64,000 nucleotides of DNA, from positions 32,001 through 96,000 of IMG/VR virus record IMGVR_UViG_3300025117_000031. One strand, written 5' to 3'. Of the stretch, positions 54,667 through 64,000 are shown piece by piece (position 1 is the first letter of the stretch; every line of letters starts with the position of its first letter). The stretch comes from a virus. The notes under the pieces were generated by a model, which was given only the letters and a program-made list of their open reading frames with translations, had not been told where the DNA came from and did no database searches. Made by a program: the position numbers and the translations under genes.

Positions 54667-54802
54667 GATCCTAGAAGATTTACAAGAGGCTTTTTCGGCA
54701 GAAACCCCGGTGGTGGATAAATGGGGCGAACTTTTGTTTGAGATTTATGAGGGAGAGCTTTTTGTTATTAATCGTGAAAAAGAAGAGAAAAAAGATCAAT
54801 AA
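54638..54802 (+). CDS. 54-aa hypothetical protein MKLSKQAMSKILEDLQ...
   Basis: Fills the gap with a TAATG overlap to the next gene; not in ORF track. Confidence 0.55.
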   Translation: MKLSKQAMSKILEDLQEAFSAETPVVDKWGELLFEIYEGELFVINREKEEKKDQ

Positions 54803-55053
54803 TGCCTGTTTTTGACTTTAAATGTGAATCTTGTTCTTTTGTTGTGGAAAAGATTGTTCCGAGGGAAGAGAAACAAATTGTTTGTGAAAAATGCAATGGC
54901 GTTATGAAAAGACAAGTTGCTTTTTTTCAGATATCGAGCGAGGCAGAAAAAGAACGTCAAGATTTACAACAAAAGTATAAAGAGCACATTAATGATGTCA
55001 GAAAAACGAACGAAAAGCACAAAAGGGAATTGAAAAATGGTCGTACAGGTTGA
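54802..55053 (+). CDS. FmdB-like zinc-ribbon protein
   Basis: MPVFDFKCESC...CEKC. Confidence 0.8.
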   Translation: MPVFDFKCESCSFVVEKIVPREEKQIVCEKCNGVMKRQVAFFQISSEAEKERQDLQQKYKEHINDVRKTNEKHKRELKNGRTG

Positions 55054-55471
55054 TTTTTTTTATGTGTTGCTGGCGCTTGGTGCTGCGGCTGTTATTTGGG
55101 GAGCGGCCTTTGTTTATAGATATTTCGTCCGTTATGCTCAATATCTTATAAACAAAGAGAGATTTATTATAGAAAATTTACAGCTTTTTAGAGCGAATCT
55201 AGAAGAATATCACTACACTTTGGAACGTCTTTTTGAGCAAAATCTGTTTTCTGATAGTCCTGTTGTGGTTAACATTGTGAATCATACAAAATTTATTCTT
55301 AACGATGTGGTAGATTTTACCGACAGTATTAAAGAATATGAAATCGGGGACATAAGAAATCCAATGACAAAAGAAGAGATGAAAGAGTTTTTATCTCGCG
55401 GAGAACAAGAATTTGAACAAGAGGAATCGGAAGGTTCAGAAGACGGAGAATTACTTCACGAAGAGGAATGA
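55037..55471 (+). CDS. membrane-anchored hypothetical protein
   Basis: N-terminal TM helix, acidic tail. Confidence 0.7.
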   Translation: MVVQVDFFYVLLALGAAAVIWGAAFVYRYFVRYAQYLINKERFIIENLQLFRANLEEYHYTLERLFEQNLFSDSPVVVNIVNHTKFILNDVVDFTDSIKEYEIGDIRNPMTKEEMKEFLSRGEQEFEQEESEGSEDGELLHEEE

Positions 55472-56093
55472 AGAAGCTATAGTTGCTTATGTTTTAGAGC
55501 AAGATAGAAGAAAAAAAGAAAAGATTTTTCGTGAGTTAATTTTGCCGGTTTTTCATGAATTGATAGAAAAGATTGTTTTTACATATAGATTTGTAAATCT
55601 TCCCGATATAGATGGTTTAAAATCTGAATGTGAATCCTATCTGGTTACTGTTCTGGAAAAGTATAAGCAAGAGAAAGGGAAAGCTTTCTCTTATTTTACT
55701 GTTGTTTCTAGAAATTGGTTCTACTGTCAGGCCAAAAAACTCTCAACTCCACAAATGGTTTCTTGCGACGATGTTCCAAACGACATTGATGAGACATATA
55801 TCGTTGAGACAGAATACGTTGAAGATAGGCAGAAGAACGAATTCTTTTTAGAGTTATTTTCTAAGATTGACGAATGGGAAAAACACGAAGACTTTACCTC
55901 AGAAACTGATCAAATAGTTATTTCTGCTGTCCGTGATTTGTTTATCAATTCAGAAAAACTCGAGATGTTTTCAAGAAAGGGAATATATCTCTATCTACGT
56001 GAAATTACTGGACTTCCCACAAAAAAGATTGTTTTTGTTTTGAACAAGATGAGAAAGCGTTATTTTCGGTTTAAAAAAGAATGGCAAAGATGA
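55413..56093 (+). CDS. phage sigma factor (gp55-like late sigma)
   Basis: YFT...E.AI..Y, P.F..L.E.I, KAFSYFTVV.RNWF, YLREITGL.TK. Confidence 0.7.
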   Translation: MNKRNRKVQKTENYFTKRNEEAIVAYVLEQDRRKKEKIFRELILPVFHELIEKIVFTYRFVNLPDIDGLKSECESYLVTVLEKYKQEKGKAFSYFTVVSRNWFYCQAKKLSTPQMVSCDDVPNDIDETYIVETEYVEDRQKNEFFLELFSKIDEWEKHEDFTSETDQIVISAVRDLFINSEKLEMFSRKGIYLYLREITGLPTKKIVFVLNKMRKRYFRFKKEWQR

Positions 56094-56137
56094 AAATCTT
56101 AACAATAATCTAATTATAGGGAATACGGGAAGAAAAA

Positions 56138-56455
56138 ATGGTAGACGAAAAAGAAAGAGCTAAAAGAAAAACAAAAAAAGGTCTTCTTTCGTATGTGATT
56201 GATTTTATTGGGGAAGATCGTCAATTTCTTTCAGTAGAAATGACAAATTTAGAAAAAGCCTTAACACAACCTTCGATTAGTATTGGTGACAGAGAGAAAC
56301 TTGGTGATACTTTAGCAAAGCTCCTTTCGGCTTCTTCGAAAAACAACTCTCTCTTGATTGACGCCATCAAAACAATGGGAGAGCTGAAACTAGAAGATGA
56401 TCCAGAGATAAAAAACGAAGATTTGGAAGGGATTTATGAGGAAACAAAGAAATAA
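56138..56455 (+). CDS. hypothetical protein
   Basis: 105 aa after a CTAATTA motif. Confidence 0.7.
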   Translation: MVDEKERAKRKTKKGLLSYVIDFIGEDRQFLSVEMTNLEKALTQPSISIGDREKLGDTLAKLLSASSKNNSLLIDAIKTMGELKLEDDPEIKNEDLEGIYEETKK

Positions 56456-57802
56456 ATGGTTCTTCCTTATGACAGTAAGTTTTTCACACCTGGGGTTTTA
56501 AATCCCATAGCGGACACAAGTTCTCCGACAAATGTTAATAAAACTGGGGATGCTGAAGTAGGGCGCTCCGTAGACGGACTTTCGAAAGCGTATTCAATTT
56601 CTCAACAAAGAGAAACGCTAGTTCCTGGACCTCTTAAGGCTGTTGTGATGAGGGTTGAGGAAAAGACAAATCAAAGTTCTTTTTTCTCCTTTTTGGCCAA
56701 AAGAGACGACAAACAGGTTGGGTTTGTTAGGGCTAGAATTCCAGAAGAACACTTAGCTTTACCTACTCCAACAAACCTTCATAACGGCAATGATATTAGT
56801 ACACCAGAAGCGAGAGCAGACCAAAAAACAATTGATATGTATCCTGCTTTTTATCCAAAAGATGAAATAGCGGCTGGACTTTCACTTTCTGTGGGTGATG
56901 TAATATGGGTTGAATTAGAAAACGGCAACTCAGACTCTAGGAGAGGGGTTTATACCGGCAAGGTTGGTCCTTTAGACTTCAGCGGAGCTTATACTTTTGA
57001 TCAAAAAACTTGTTCAGTTCAAAGCAAGGATCAGTTATTTAAGGAAAATCAAGCTGCTCCGATAGAAAACAACCCAAACATAAAAAAAGAACAACTTGTA
57101 GAGATTTCTTCAGATCCAGTTGCATTTGGAAATCGAGTTGGAGCAAACGGACGTTCTTTGATGATGAGAAAAGATGCAGCCGAAGCTTATGCACAGGTTA
57201 AGCAGGCTGTTAATAGAGTTTTTGGGTATCTTTCCGTTGGCTCTTCTTTACGCAGTCTAAACGACCCTATCGTTAACCAACCAAACGCCTCCAAGGTATC
57301 AATGCATTATCTTGGGTTAGCCATTGATTTGATTAACGCTGGGGTTAAGTCAGATGCAAATCCGGCAACAGACCAATACGTTATTCAATACAGTAATGAA
57401 ACAAAAAACAGATTTACTGTATGGGTAAGAACAAATAGAGAGGGAAGCTCTTTTCCCGCTCAGTCCTCCTGGAGGAAGCTTAAGGTTTTGAAGTGTTCCA
57501 ACTCTTCAAATCCTCCCGAAGAAGTTCAAGTTGAGGGTTATTTTGCCAATTTAACTTCTATTTTCAATCATTTTGGATTTTCAAATATTTCGACTAGGGG
57601 AACAAGTTTCCAAGAAAGAAGTTCTCACATGATGTCTGAGTGGTGGCATTTCGAATATAGACCAGAATACTTTGGTCCATCGACTGTTTATGGAGATGAG
57701 TTGGCTAAAATATACACAACTCCAGAAGATGGAGGAGAAGACTCTGAAGTTTGGAAACGTAGAGATTATATTTGGCAGGGAACTTATTTTTCAAAGGCAT
57801 AA
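56456..57802 (+). CDS. baseplate-hub-like protein with M15 peptidoglycan peptidase domain
   Basis: N-terminal VRARIPE...VGDVIWVE OB-like part; SSLR, SMHYLGLAID, EWWHFEY. Confidence 0.72.
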   Translation: MVLPYDSKFFTPGVLNPIADTSSPTNVNKTGDAEVGRSVDGLSKAYSISQQRETLVPGPLKAVVMRVEEKTNQSSFFSFLAKRDDKQVGFVRARIPEEHLALPTPTNLHNGNDISTPEARADQKTIDMYPAFYPKDEIAAGLSLSVGDVIWVELENGNSDSRRGVYTGKVGPLDFSGAYTFDQKTCSVQSKDQLFKENQAAPIENNPNIKKEQLVEISSDPVAFGNRVGANGRSLMMRKDAAEAYAQVKQAVNRVFGYLSVGSSLRSLNDPIVNQPNASKVSMHYLGLAIDLINAGVKSDANPATDQYVIQYSNETKNRFTVWVRTNREGSSFPAQSSWRKLKVLKCSNSSNPPEEVQVEGYFANLTSIFNHFGFSNISTRGTSFQERSSHMMSEWWHFEYRPEYFGPSTVYGDELAKIYTTPEDGGEDSEVWKRRDYIWQGTYFSKA

Positions 57803-57804
57803 AG

Positions 57805-58734
57805 ATGCTTAAAAAAGCAATAGATTTAGAAAATCTTTCAGAAAAAGACAAGCAATCAAAGCAACAGTCTAGCAAAGAATCGGTTGCTGGATTTAGCGGT
57901 ATTGCTGGGGACGTTTTAAAGGAACCAGTACCGGAATTCAATAAAACGGAATGTGAAAAGATCTTCTTCGGTGAAAACAATACATGGCTTGTTTTTGGAA
58001 GGGATCGCTACTCGGATAAACTTTCGGGCTATGGGGGTAAAGGTTTTACTAGAGCAGGAATGATTGATTTGGTTGTCGGAAGGAACAGCGCAAACCAAAA
58101 ACTATATAAAGACGGCGAGAGGGTTTTTGTAGACCCTAATTTTTCTTTGGACGCCTCTAGAGTTTATCTTTCTCAGCTTGCCGACATAGATGACTATTTT
58201 AATTTAGCTATAACTCCTAGTGGTATTCCTCGTTCTGTTTCGCGTGCAGCAATCGGTATTAAATCTGATGCGGTTAGAATTATAGGAAGAGAAGGAGTAA
58301 AGATTGTAACGGGAGTAGATCAAAACAACTCTCTTGGATCTCCTTTATCACAGGTCAGAGGAGTGGAGTTAATAGCGGGTAACGACACCAGAGACGTTCA
58401 GCCTATGGTTAAGGGGGACAATGCGGTAGAGGCTTTAGAAAAGCTAGCTGGGCACGTTGAGAAACTGGCGGGGATTGTCGATTCTTTTATGACTATTCAA
58501 TCACAATATAATGATGTTGTGTCAAGTCATTTTCACATTTCTCCTTTTTTTGGAATTCCCAACGCTCCGTCTCAGACAGCCATGCAAAAAGGAATACAAA
58601 CTTCTTTAGAATTATTGTCGGAGGTTAAAGTTTCTTTGACAACAATTCGGACAAATCTTGTTAATTATAAGAACAACTATTTACAACCTTTTGGTAAGGG
58701 TTATGTGAATAGCCGCTGGAATAAAACGAATTAG
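57805..58734 (+). CDS. putative baseplate hub/spike (gp5-like) protein
   Basis: FGRDR, IDLVVGR, DASRVYLSQ, KSDAVRIIGREG.KIV, C-terminal HFH; structural context. Confidence 0.55.
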   Translation: MLKKAIDLENLSEKDKQSKQQSSKESVAGFSGIAGDVLKEPVPEFNKTECEKIFFGENNTWLVFGRDRYSDKLSGYGGKGFTRAGMIDLVVGRNSANQKLYKDGERVFVDPNFSLDASRVYLSQLADIDDYFNLAITPSGIPRSVSRAAIGIKSDAVRIIGREGVKIVTGVDQNNSLGSPLSQVRGVELIAGNDTRDVQPMVKGDNAVEALEKLAGHVEKLAGIVDSFMTIQSQYNDVVSSHFHISPFFGIPNAPSQTAMQKGIQTSLELLSEVKVSLTTIRTNLVNYKNNYLQPFGKGYVNSRWNKTN

Positions 58735-58742
58735 GAAAGCAA

Positions 58743-59075
58743 ATGTTAAGTGCATCTTGGGTTTTTAAGAAGAAGAGACTTCCCTACGAAGAGGATGGGT
58801 TTTATTTTATTCTTGTTGAAACAGCGGTTCCCAAAGACAAAAAAGATAAAACTGCTGCTTTACTGAAAGCGGTTGAAGAGGCGGGGAGCCTGACTGGTCA
58901 AACCGGGTTAAGAGTTCTTGATTATTCTTTAGAAACCAAGCCTAAAACGAGTATGTTAGTGGCGGTTGGGAAAGAAATTGAGAAAAAAGAGGAAAAAGCT
59001 GTAGAAATTAAGTCTTCAAAGAGATATTCCCTTGAAAAATTCCTTAAATTTCAAGAAAAAATGAAGGAAAAATAA
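58743..59075 (+). CDS. hypothetical protein
   Basis: 110 aa, AGGA RBS. Confidence 0.65.
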   Translation: MLSASWVFKKKRLPYEEDGFYFILVETAVPKDKKDKTAALLKAVEEAGSLTGQTGLRVLDYSLETKPKTSMLVAVGKEIEKKEEKAVEIKSSKRYSLEKFLKFQEKMKEK

Positions 59076-62000
59076 ATGGTTTCTGTTCCTGGAAGCGAAA
59101 TTCTCTTTGATTTGTTAGATCACGATGAGAAAATTCGTAATTTTTTCTCTGTTTTGGCCAAAACACTTCGAGAAAACGATATTTTTGTTGAAAATTATTC
59201 AGGAACGGACTTAGAATTTCAATTTGACAGTAATAATCATCCTGTTGCGGTTGTTTTTCACTCTTCTGGTGGACAAGTTTCTGTAAAAAAGAATATCGCC
59301 GAGCTTTTGGGTTTTGCAAAACAGGTGGAAGAAGCAGAAAACTTTATAAACCAGAACACCTTACTGGACGTGCCGCTTAAAAAGATGTTTGGGGTAGGAA
59401 TTACTGGTGGTCTGGACTTAGAATCTGCGGTAAATATGCCAAAATTTGGTTGGGGTAAGATGTCTTTAGAAGACATTATGAATAAAACAGAGGGAAAGCC
59501 CGGAGATAACAAAGAAAAAACATACTCTGAAATTTTGGAGGAAAATAAGGTCGTCTACTCTGAAGGATTCAAAAAAAATCTTCAAGAGAGTTTAGAAAAT
59601 TCATCAATAAATGTTGGGGGAATAAATCTTTTAGAGTTTTCTAAGGTAAAAACAGCAAAAGAAGCCTATGGAGTTGTATTTGACAATACCGACGTGGGGA
59701 ATCTTATAAACGAGGCAATTTATTGTTTGAATGGCGTCGCTTTTGAGTTGAGTAGGTTGCAAGTTCCTGTGTTTTTCTTTCCTGATACACTTCCTACGGT
59801 AGATTTGATGGCAAGCTTTAGCCTGTCTCTTGAATCAGCTCTTTTGGAGATGATCCAGTCGGCGATTTTGGGTCTTTTGGAATCAATATTAGAGCTTTTG
59901 TTGAAATATTGTAAAGAATTGCGAGAAGGATTGTCAAACTTTAATAATTTAAACATTGACAATGAAAAATATTTTCAAAGAATATTCGATTTATTAAAAG
60001 ATGAGAATTTTCTCAACTCTCTTGGGTTGACTGGTAATTTAGAAGAGGATTTGAAGAGGTTAGTTAAGTTTATTCTTGATGTTTTGTATGTTTTGACACC
60101 TCAAGAGATTTTAGATCTTTTCTTGGGCCATCCCTCAGAGGGAACGTTGTATGATATTTTAGCAGTTGCCGGAAGTGGAGAGTATGGTTTATCTGAATCT
60201 TTTCTGAGCAGTTCCTTTAGAATGCGCGCCTTGTTCTTTGCGGTTGGCAACGTTGTGGACAAGGAAAGAATTCAAAATCTTGCTAATGCATGCCGCGCTG
60301 TAAAAACATCGACGGGACCGGATGGTGAATCTGTTTGTACACAACAAGAATCTGCTTTACGGGATACGCTAGAAAGAGAAGGAGCAGACTCTGAAGAAAT
60401 TCAAAGACAAATTGCGTCCGAGAGAGACAGAAAGAAAAGATTACTTGAGGAGCTAGCTAGAAAGGCAGACAAGTTAAAAAATCTTAAAATTCCCGAAGCA
60501 TGTTCGCCCTCCAAAAAAGGAAAGCTGCCTAATGGATTTGATCGCATGGCAAAAAGCACAATTGGGGCGGTTTTTGACCCTGTTTACATTGCCTTTGATA
60601 AAGACGTTTCTGATTGGTATAAAGCCTTTGTTAAAGAGAAGACGATAGAAAGAAAAATAACAAGTACACTTAAGCCTGAAGAATTCTTTGGAAACGCCCC
60701 CTTGGGTAGAATAGATGGAAGAATTCAGTATCTTCTTACTCAAGGAGTGAAGCCTTCCGGTGATCAATATACTTTTCATGAAAAGAAGATTTTTATTGCT
60801 CATGAGATAAAAGATGCTTTGGAAAATTTAAGCTCTCGTATAAAAATAGAGCTAAACGTAAACAGGAACGTTTTGATGACGGTTGAAGTTCCCAAAGACG
60901 AAGAATATTCTAAGATGTTTGAGATGTTTTCGTCTCAAAGAACCCCTGGAATTCTTTCTCTGACGGGGCAAAATATTAGTGATGTTACATTGCAGAAACA
61001 GTATGATGGAACTCTCCCGTATAAGCTTAATGTTTTGAAACAAACAACAACAAAGGAAAGAAAGTTTAACCTACGGGATGTTCCACGGGGAACAGAAGAC
61101 AGAAGAAGTCGGGAAGACAACAACGCTCCTTCTCGTGAGGATTTGCTAGAAGAACAATTTGAGACGATAAACAAAGTGGAAAAACAGGAGATTTCTTATG
61201 TTGAAGGACAAATTGCATTGAGAGATTCAACTAGGGAATATTTAAGTTCTTTTGAAAGTGTAATTACCTTTAGCACAAGACCTCAGATCGAAATTTTCAA
61301 GAAGATTCTTGGTTCTTTTAATACATTTAGAACATCGCGTAGCTCGGATGCTTTGATAACAGATTATGTACAGATGTCTAACAAATTTGTTTCTGCTCTT
61401 GCTTCTAGGGTAAGTGACACAGACAAAAACAAGCTGTTTAAAACAATTTCAGTAAGAACATCTGGGGATACTTCTTTAGAGATACCCGTTCTAAAATCAG
61501 TAAAGTTTACATTTCCCCCAGAAGGTTGTTCTGGTGAAAGAAAGCATCTTCTAGATATTGAAGAATTGAAAGCAAAAGCGTTGGAAGATTTTTCCAACAA
61601 TCTGTGTTTAAAAGAGTTTTCTAATTCGTCAGGGCAAGGCAGACCGCAGAATTCTTTAGAAAAGTCCATAAGTGATTCTGTTGTACAGACAACCATAAGA
61701 CTTTATGTTTTAGATTATTATCTTAGGGGATGTTTTGTTTTAAATGAGTTTTCTTTGGATCCTCCCAACGAGATGTTACTGGACTTTTTTGCAGAGAAGA
61801 TAAAAACCGAATTGTTTACATATGGTGAAAAATATGCCAACGATCTGTTGGACAGTGCAAAAGAATTATTTTATAGGAACGGGCTTTCAACAGATTATTC
61901 TGGTGACGCAAAAGAACTTAAGAAGTTAATTGAGCAGCAAGTTGTCTCTCTTTCAAAGATATTAAGAAATGAAGTGTTTGGTAGTAAGAGATCAAAAGAC

Positions 62001-63284
62001 ATCTACGATTTTACTCTACAAGAGTGTATACCAGCAGTAAATGTTTTTTCTTCTTTGGAACAAAGATGGGAAGATGAAAGGACAATAACCGGACAAGTTC
62101 CAATTATTTCTTTAGAAACGGAAGTAGCTACGTCAGAAGACGCTAGAAACAATATCGTTGTATTTAATGGGTTTGTTTTCGAGAAATATATTCGTTTGGC
62201 AAAGAAATCTTTAACCGAGAGAGAAAGAAATAATCTTCCTTCTGGGGAGAATCCATCAAGTCTTCCTGCTGGAATTTTTAGTCCTCAAGAGGTAAGAGGT
62301 TTGTTTAACGGCATTTTACTTTCTAGAAAGATGAAAGATTACTATGAAAAAATCTCTTATGGACTGAGACTTTGCTATGCCGGCGAAGTTTCTGGAGAAG
62401 AGTACCAGAATCTTTATCAAACTGCTGGAATCGTGCAAGAAAAGCTTTTTGGCCTTGGCTCAGGCGAGCCTTCTTTTTTGAATCCTTTGGCAAACACTGA
62501 AATCATTGATGAAGAGCTGTTGAGCATGGATTTTAATGTTGCGAAGACGACTGATTTTGCTTCTAGATACGGGGATAGAACACTAGAATTATATCAGAAA
62601 ATAAAAGAAGTTGGTGAGTGTTCTTCTTTATTTGATTACGTTTTCCCTATGGGACGTTATCTGTCTTTGCTGGCAATTCAAAGCGTTTTCGCATCAGAGA
62701 TAACAAATAATAATGCTGTATCTTATGTGTTTTCAACGACAAAAGACAGACTTAGGTTTTTGTTTGAAACGGTTAATAACGGCGGTATGTTTGCTAATGA
62801 TTCTTATGAAGAAGACCGGGCTTTGAAGGCTTTGGGTGGTAAAGAGGCACTAGGAGAAGTTTTAAGAAAGCCGCTGGAACAGATTAGTGGTGCAGACATA
62901 CAAAAAATGTTTAATTCTAAGGGGTTTGATTATGGAATTGTCTTAAAATTTATGTTGGAAGCTCCTGTACAGATTTTTAGAGGGTTTGTAGAATTTGCAG
63001 ATCCTAACATCAATATAGCCAGCAAGATGGCAATGTTTACAAGAATTTTTGCTGGGCAAGACATTCCAGTATCTGTTTTTTCTTTGATGCTGCAGCCGTC
63101 AACTTTGATGCCGGGAAGTTGGATGGGACCTCCTCTAACTTTTTTGGGGATCGCATATCTTTTGTTAAGTATGGGGTTTTCTATCAACATTCCAGAGTTT
63201 GAAGCTTTGGTGAAGAGAGAATTAGGGAATTCGGCTAATACGGCAAGCGGGGTTGTTGATAATCCGCTCAAGTGCGAGGAATAA
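59076..63284 (+). CDS. large putative virion structural protein
   Basis: 1402-aa ORF between baseplate genes; no motif recognised. Confidence 0.7.
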   Translation: MVSVPGSEILFDLLDHDEKIRNFFSVLAKTLRENDIFVENYSGTDLEFQFDSNNHPVAVVFHSSGGQVSVKKNIAELLGFAKQVEEAENFINQNTLLDVPLKKMFGVGITGGLDLESAVNMPKFGWGKMSLEDIMNKTEGKPGDNKEKTYSEILEENKVVYSEGFKKNLQESLENSSINVGGINLLEFSKVKTAKEAYGVVFDNTDVGNLINEAIYCLNGVAFELSRLQVPVFFFPDTLPTVDLMASFSLSLESALLEMIQSAILGLLESILELLLKYCKELREGLSNFNNLNIDNEKYFQRIFDLLKDENFLNSLGLTGNLEEDLKRLVKFILDVLYVLTPQEILDLFLGHPSEGTLYDILAVAGSGEYGLSESFLSSSFRMRALFFAVGNVVDKERIQNLANACRAVKTSTGPDGESVCTQQESALRDTLEREGADSEEIQRQIASERDRKKRLLEELARKADKLKNLKIPEACSPSKKGKLPNGFDRMAKSTIGAVFDPVYIAFDKDVSDWYKAFVKEKTIERKITSTLKPEEFFGNAPLGRIDGRIQYLLTQGVKPSGDQYTFHEKKIFIAHEIKDALENLSSRIKIELNVNRNVLMTVEVPKDEEYSKMFEMFSSQRTPGILSLTGQNISDVTLQKQYDGTLPYKLNVLKQTTTKERKFNLRDVPRGTEDRRSREDNNAPSREDLLEEQFETINKVEKQEISYVEGQIALRDSTREYLSSFESVITFSTRPQIEIFKKILGSFNTFRTSRSSDALITDYVQMSNKFVSALASRVSDTDKNKLFKTISVRTSGDTSLEIPVLKSVKFTFPPEGCSGERKHLLDIEELKAKALEDFSNNLCLKEFSNSSGQGRPQNSLEKSISDSVVQTTIRLYVLDYYLRGCFVLNEFSLDPPNEMLLDFFAEKIKTELFTYGEKYANDLLDSAKELFYRNGLSTDYSGDAKELKKLIEQQVVSLSKILRNEVFGSKRSKDIYDFTLQECIPAVNVFSSLEQRWEDERTITGQVPIISLETEVATSEDARNNIVVFNGFVFEKYIRLAKKSLTERERNNLPSGENPSSLPAGIFSPQEVRGLFNGILLSRKMKDYYEKISYGLRLCYAGEVSGEEYQNLYQTAGIVQEKLFGLGSGEPSFLNPLANTEIIDEELLSMDFNVAKTTDFASRYGDRTLELYQKIKEVGECSSLFDYVFPMGRYLSLLAIQSVFASEITNNNAVSYVFSTTKDRLRFLFETVNNGGMFANDSYEEDRALKALGGKEALGEVLRKPLEQISGADIQKMFNSKGFDYGIVLKFMLEAPVQIFRGFVEFADPNINIASKMAMFTRIFAGQDIPVSVFSLMLQPSTLMPGSWMGPPLTFLGIAYLLLSMGFSINIPEFEALVKRELGNSANTASGVVDNPLKCEE

Positions 63285-63286
63285 AA

Positions 63287-63661
63287 ATGCCACTTTCGGT
63301 AAGATTACCATTTCGCAGAGATAGGAATTTTGGGTTTGCTATGAATGAAACTCATAGGGAGGTGGTAAAGCAGAACTTTAAGCATCTTTTGTTAACAGCG
63401 CCCGGCGAAAGAGTGATGATACCAGATTTTGGGGTTGGCTTGCGAAATTATTTGTTCGAAAATGCTACTTTGATTAGAGCGGAACTGGCGTCAAGAATTC
63501 AAGAACAAACAAATAAATATATGCCTTTTATTACTCTGCAAGACATTTCGATTAAAGAGAAAAACAATGAAATGACACTTAAAATTACGTATTTTATTGA
63601 GCCGATGGCGATAACAGACAATTTGGAAATTAAGAAAAGAGGAGAGGATATCGTAATTTAA
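63287..63661 (+). CDS. baseplate wedge protein (gp25/GPW-like)
   Basis: QNFKHLLLTAPGERVMIPDFGVGL..YLFE; ATG 63287 after GAGGA. Confidence 0.9.
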   Translation: MPLSVRLPFRRDRNFGFAMNETHREVVKQNFKHLLLTAPGERVMIPDFGVGLRNYLFENATLIRAELASRIQEQTNKYMPFITLQDISIKEKNNEMTLKITYFIEPMAITDNLEIKKRGEDIVI

Positions 63662-63670
63662 TCTAATTAT

Positions 63671-64000
63671 CCCCTTCGAGACTTAAACCATGAACTCCTT
63701 AGTTAGCACAGTTGCTCGATTCCTGCCCATGAGGAAGTTTCGTTCTGGCCGTAAGGCCAGAGCCAGAGCTTTCTTGGCAGCAGGCTATCCCCGCCAGGGC
63801 GGCGGTTCTAAGATTAATGGCTGCGTTGATGTCTCGGTCGTGGACAACCCCACAAGCCTCGCAAACCCATTCTCGGACAGACAAAGGCAACGGTCCTTCT
63901 CGTCTTGTTCCGCAGTCGGAACACAGCTTGGAAGAAGGGAACCAGCGGTCAGCAACGATGATTTCGCTGCCGGCAAGCGGAGCCTTATACGTGAGCTGAC
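63671..64000 (-). mobile_element. tnpB: second tnpB element (copy B): 3' part of tnpB plus right end, truncated by the window
   Basis: Reverse complement nearly identical to ~43714-44043. Confidence 0.92.

Noticed and set aside
58743-63284. Programmed read-through at the in-frame TAA-ATG junction (also at 56455/56456 and 38475/38474)
   Set aside because: Abutting stop-start is ordinary translational coupling, and no read-through signal is visible.
1-64000. Stop-codon reassignment suggested by the UCA-loop tRNA
   Set aside because: Conserved genes are full length in the standard code, and many end in TGA or TAG with tight overlaps to the next gene.
1-64000. Eukaryotic giant virus or bacterial chromosome origin
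   Set aside because: Shine-Dalgarno sites, sigma70 promoters, gp25, a phage-type sigma factor and dense small orphan ORFs indicate a large bacteriophage, despite the ankyrin and sugar genes.

Overview
AT-rich, densely coding segment of a large tailed bacteriophage, most likely a jumbo myovirus. Support: Shine-Dalgarno sites, sigma70-type promoters, a gp55-like late sigma factor, PhoH, a gp25-like baseplate wedge and a tail-associated M15 peptidase. The standard genetic code tiles the ORFs well. Layout: (1) 1-23.9 kb, mostly minus strand, accessory/early genes for RNA repair, translation rescue and nucleotide metabolism (RNA ligase, vWA protein, dCMP deaminase, PurA, SpoU methyltransferase, ankyrin protein, GuaC, CoaD-HD fusion, ATP-grasp, Pth2, RlaP-type nucleotidyltransferase, Ro60/TROVE, patatin, DHH and HAD phosphatases). 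(2) 24.0-42.4 kb, an 18-kb minus-strand nucleotide-sugar/glycosyltransferase cluster whose Gmd carries an intein. (3) 42.7-64 kb, plus-strand late/structural genes. Best find: the Ro60 gene sits inside an array of four unannotated Y-RNA-like genes. All four share one Ro-binding module but carry different effector domains (none, a T-arm, or a full circularly permuted tRNA mimic). They lie downstream of a near-consensus promoter and upstream of an aberrant UCA-loop tRNA, RlaP, Pth2 and ATP-grasp genes. Second find: a tnpB-only mobile element with ~40-bp terminal inverted repeats, present as two tnpB-bearing copies and two ~280-bp miniature copies that keep the presumed omega-RNA region. All calls come from motifs and hand folding; no database searches were run.
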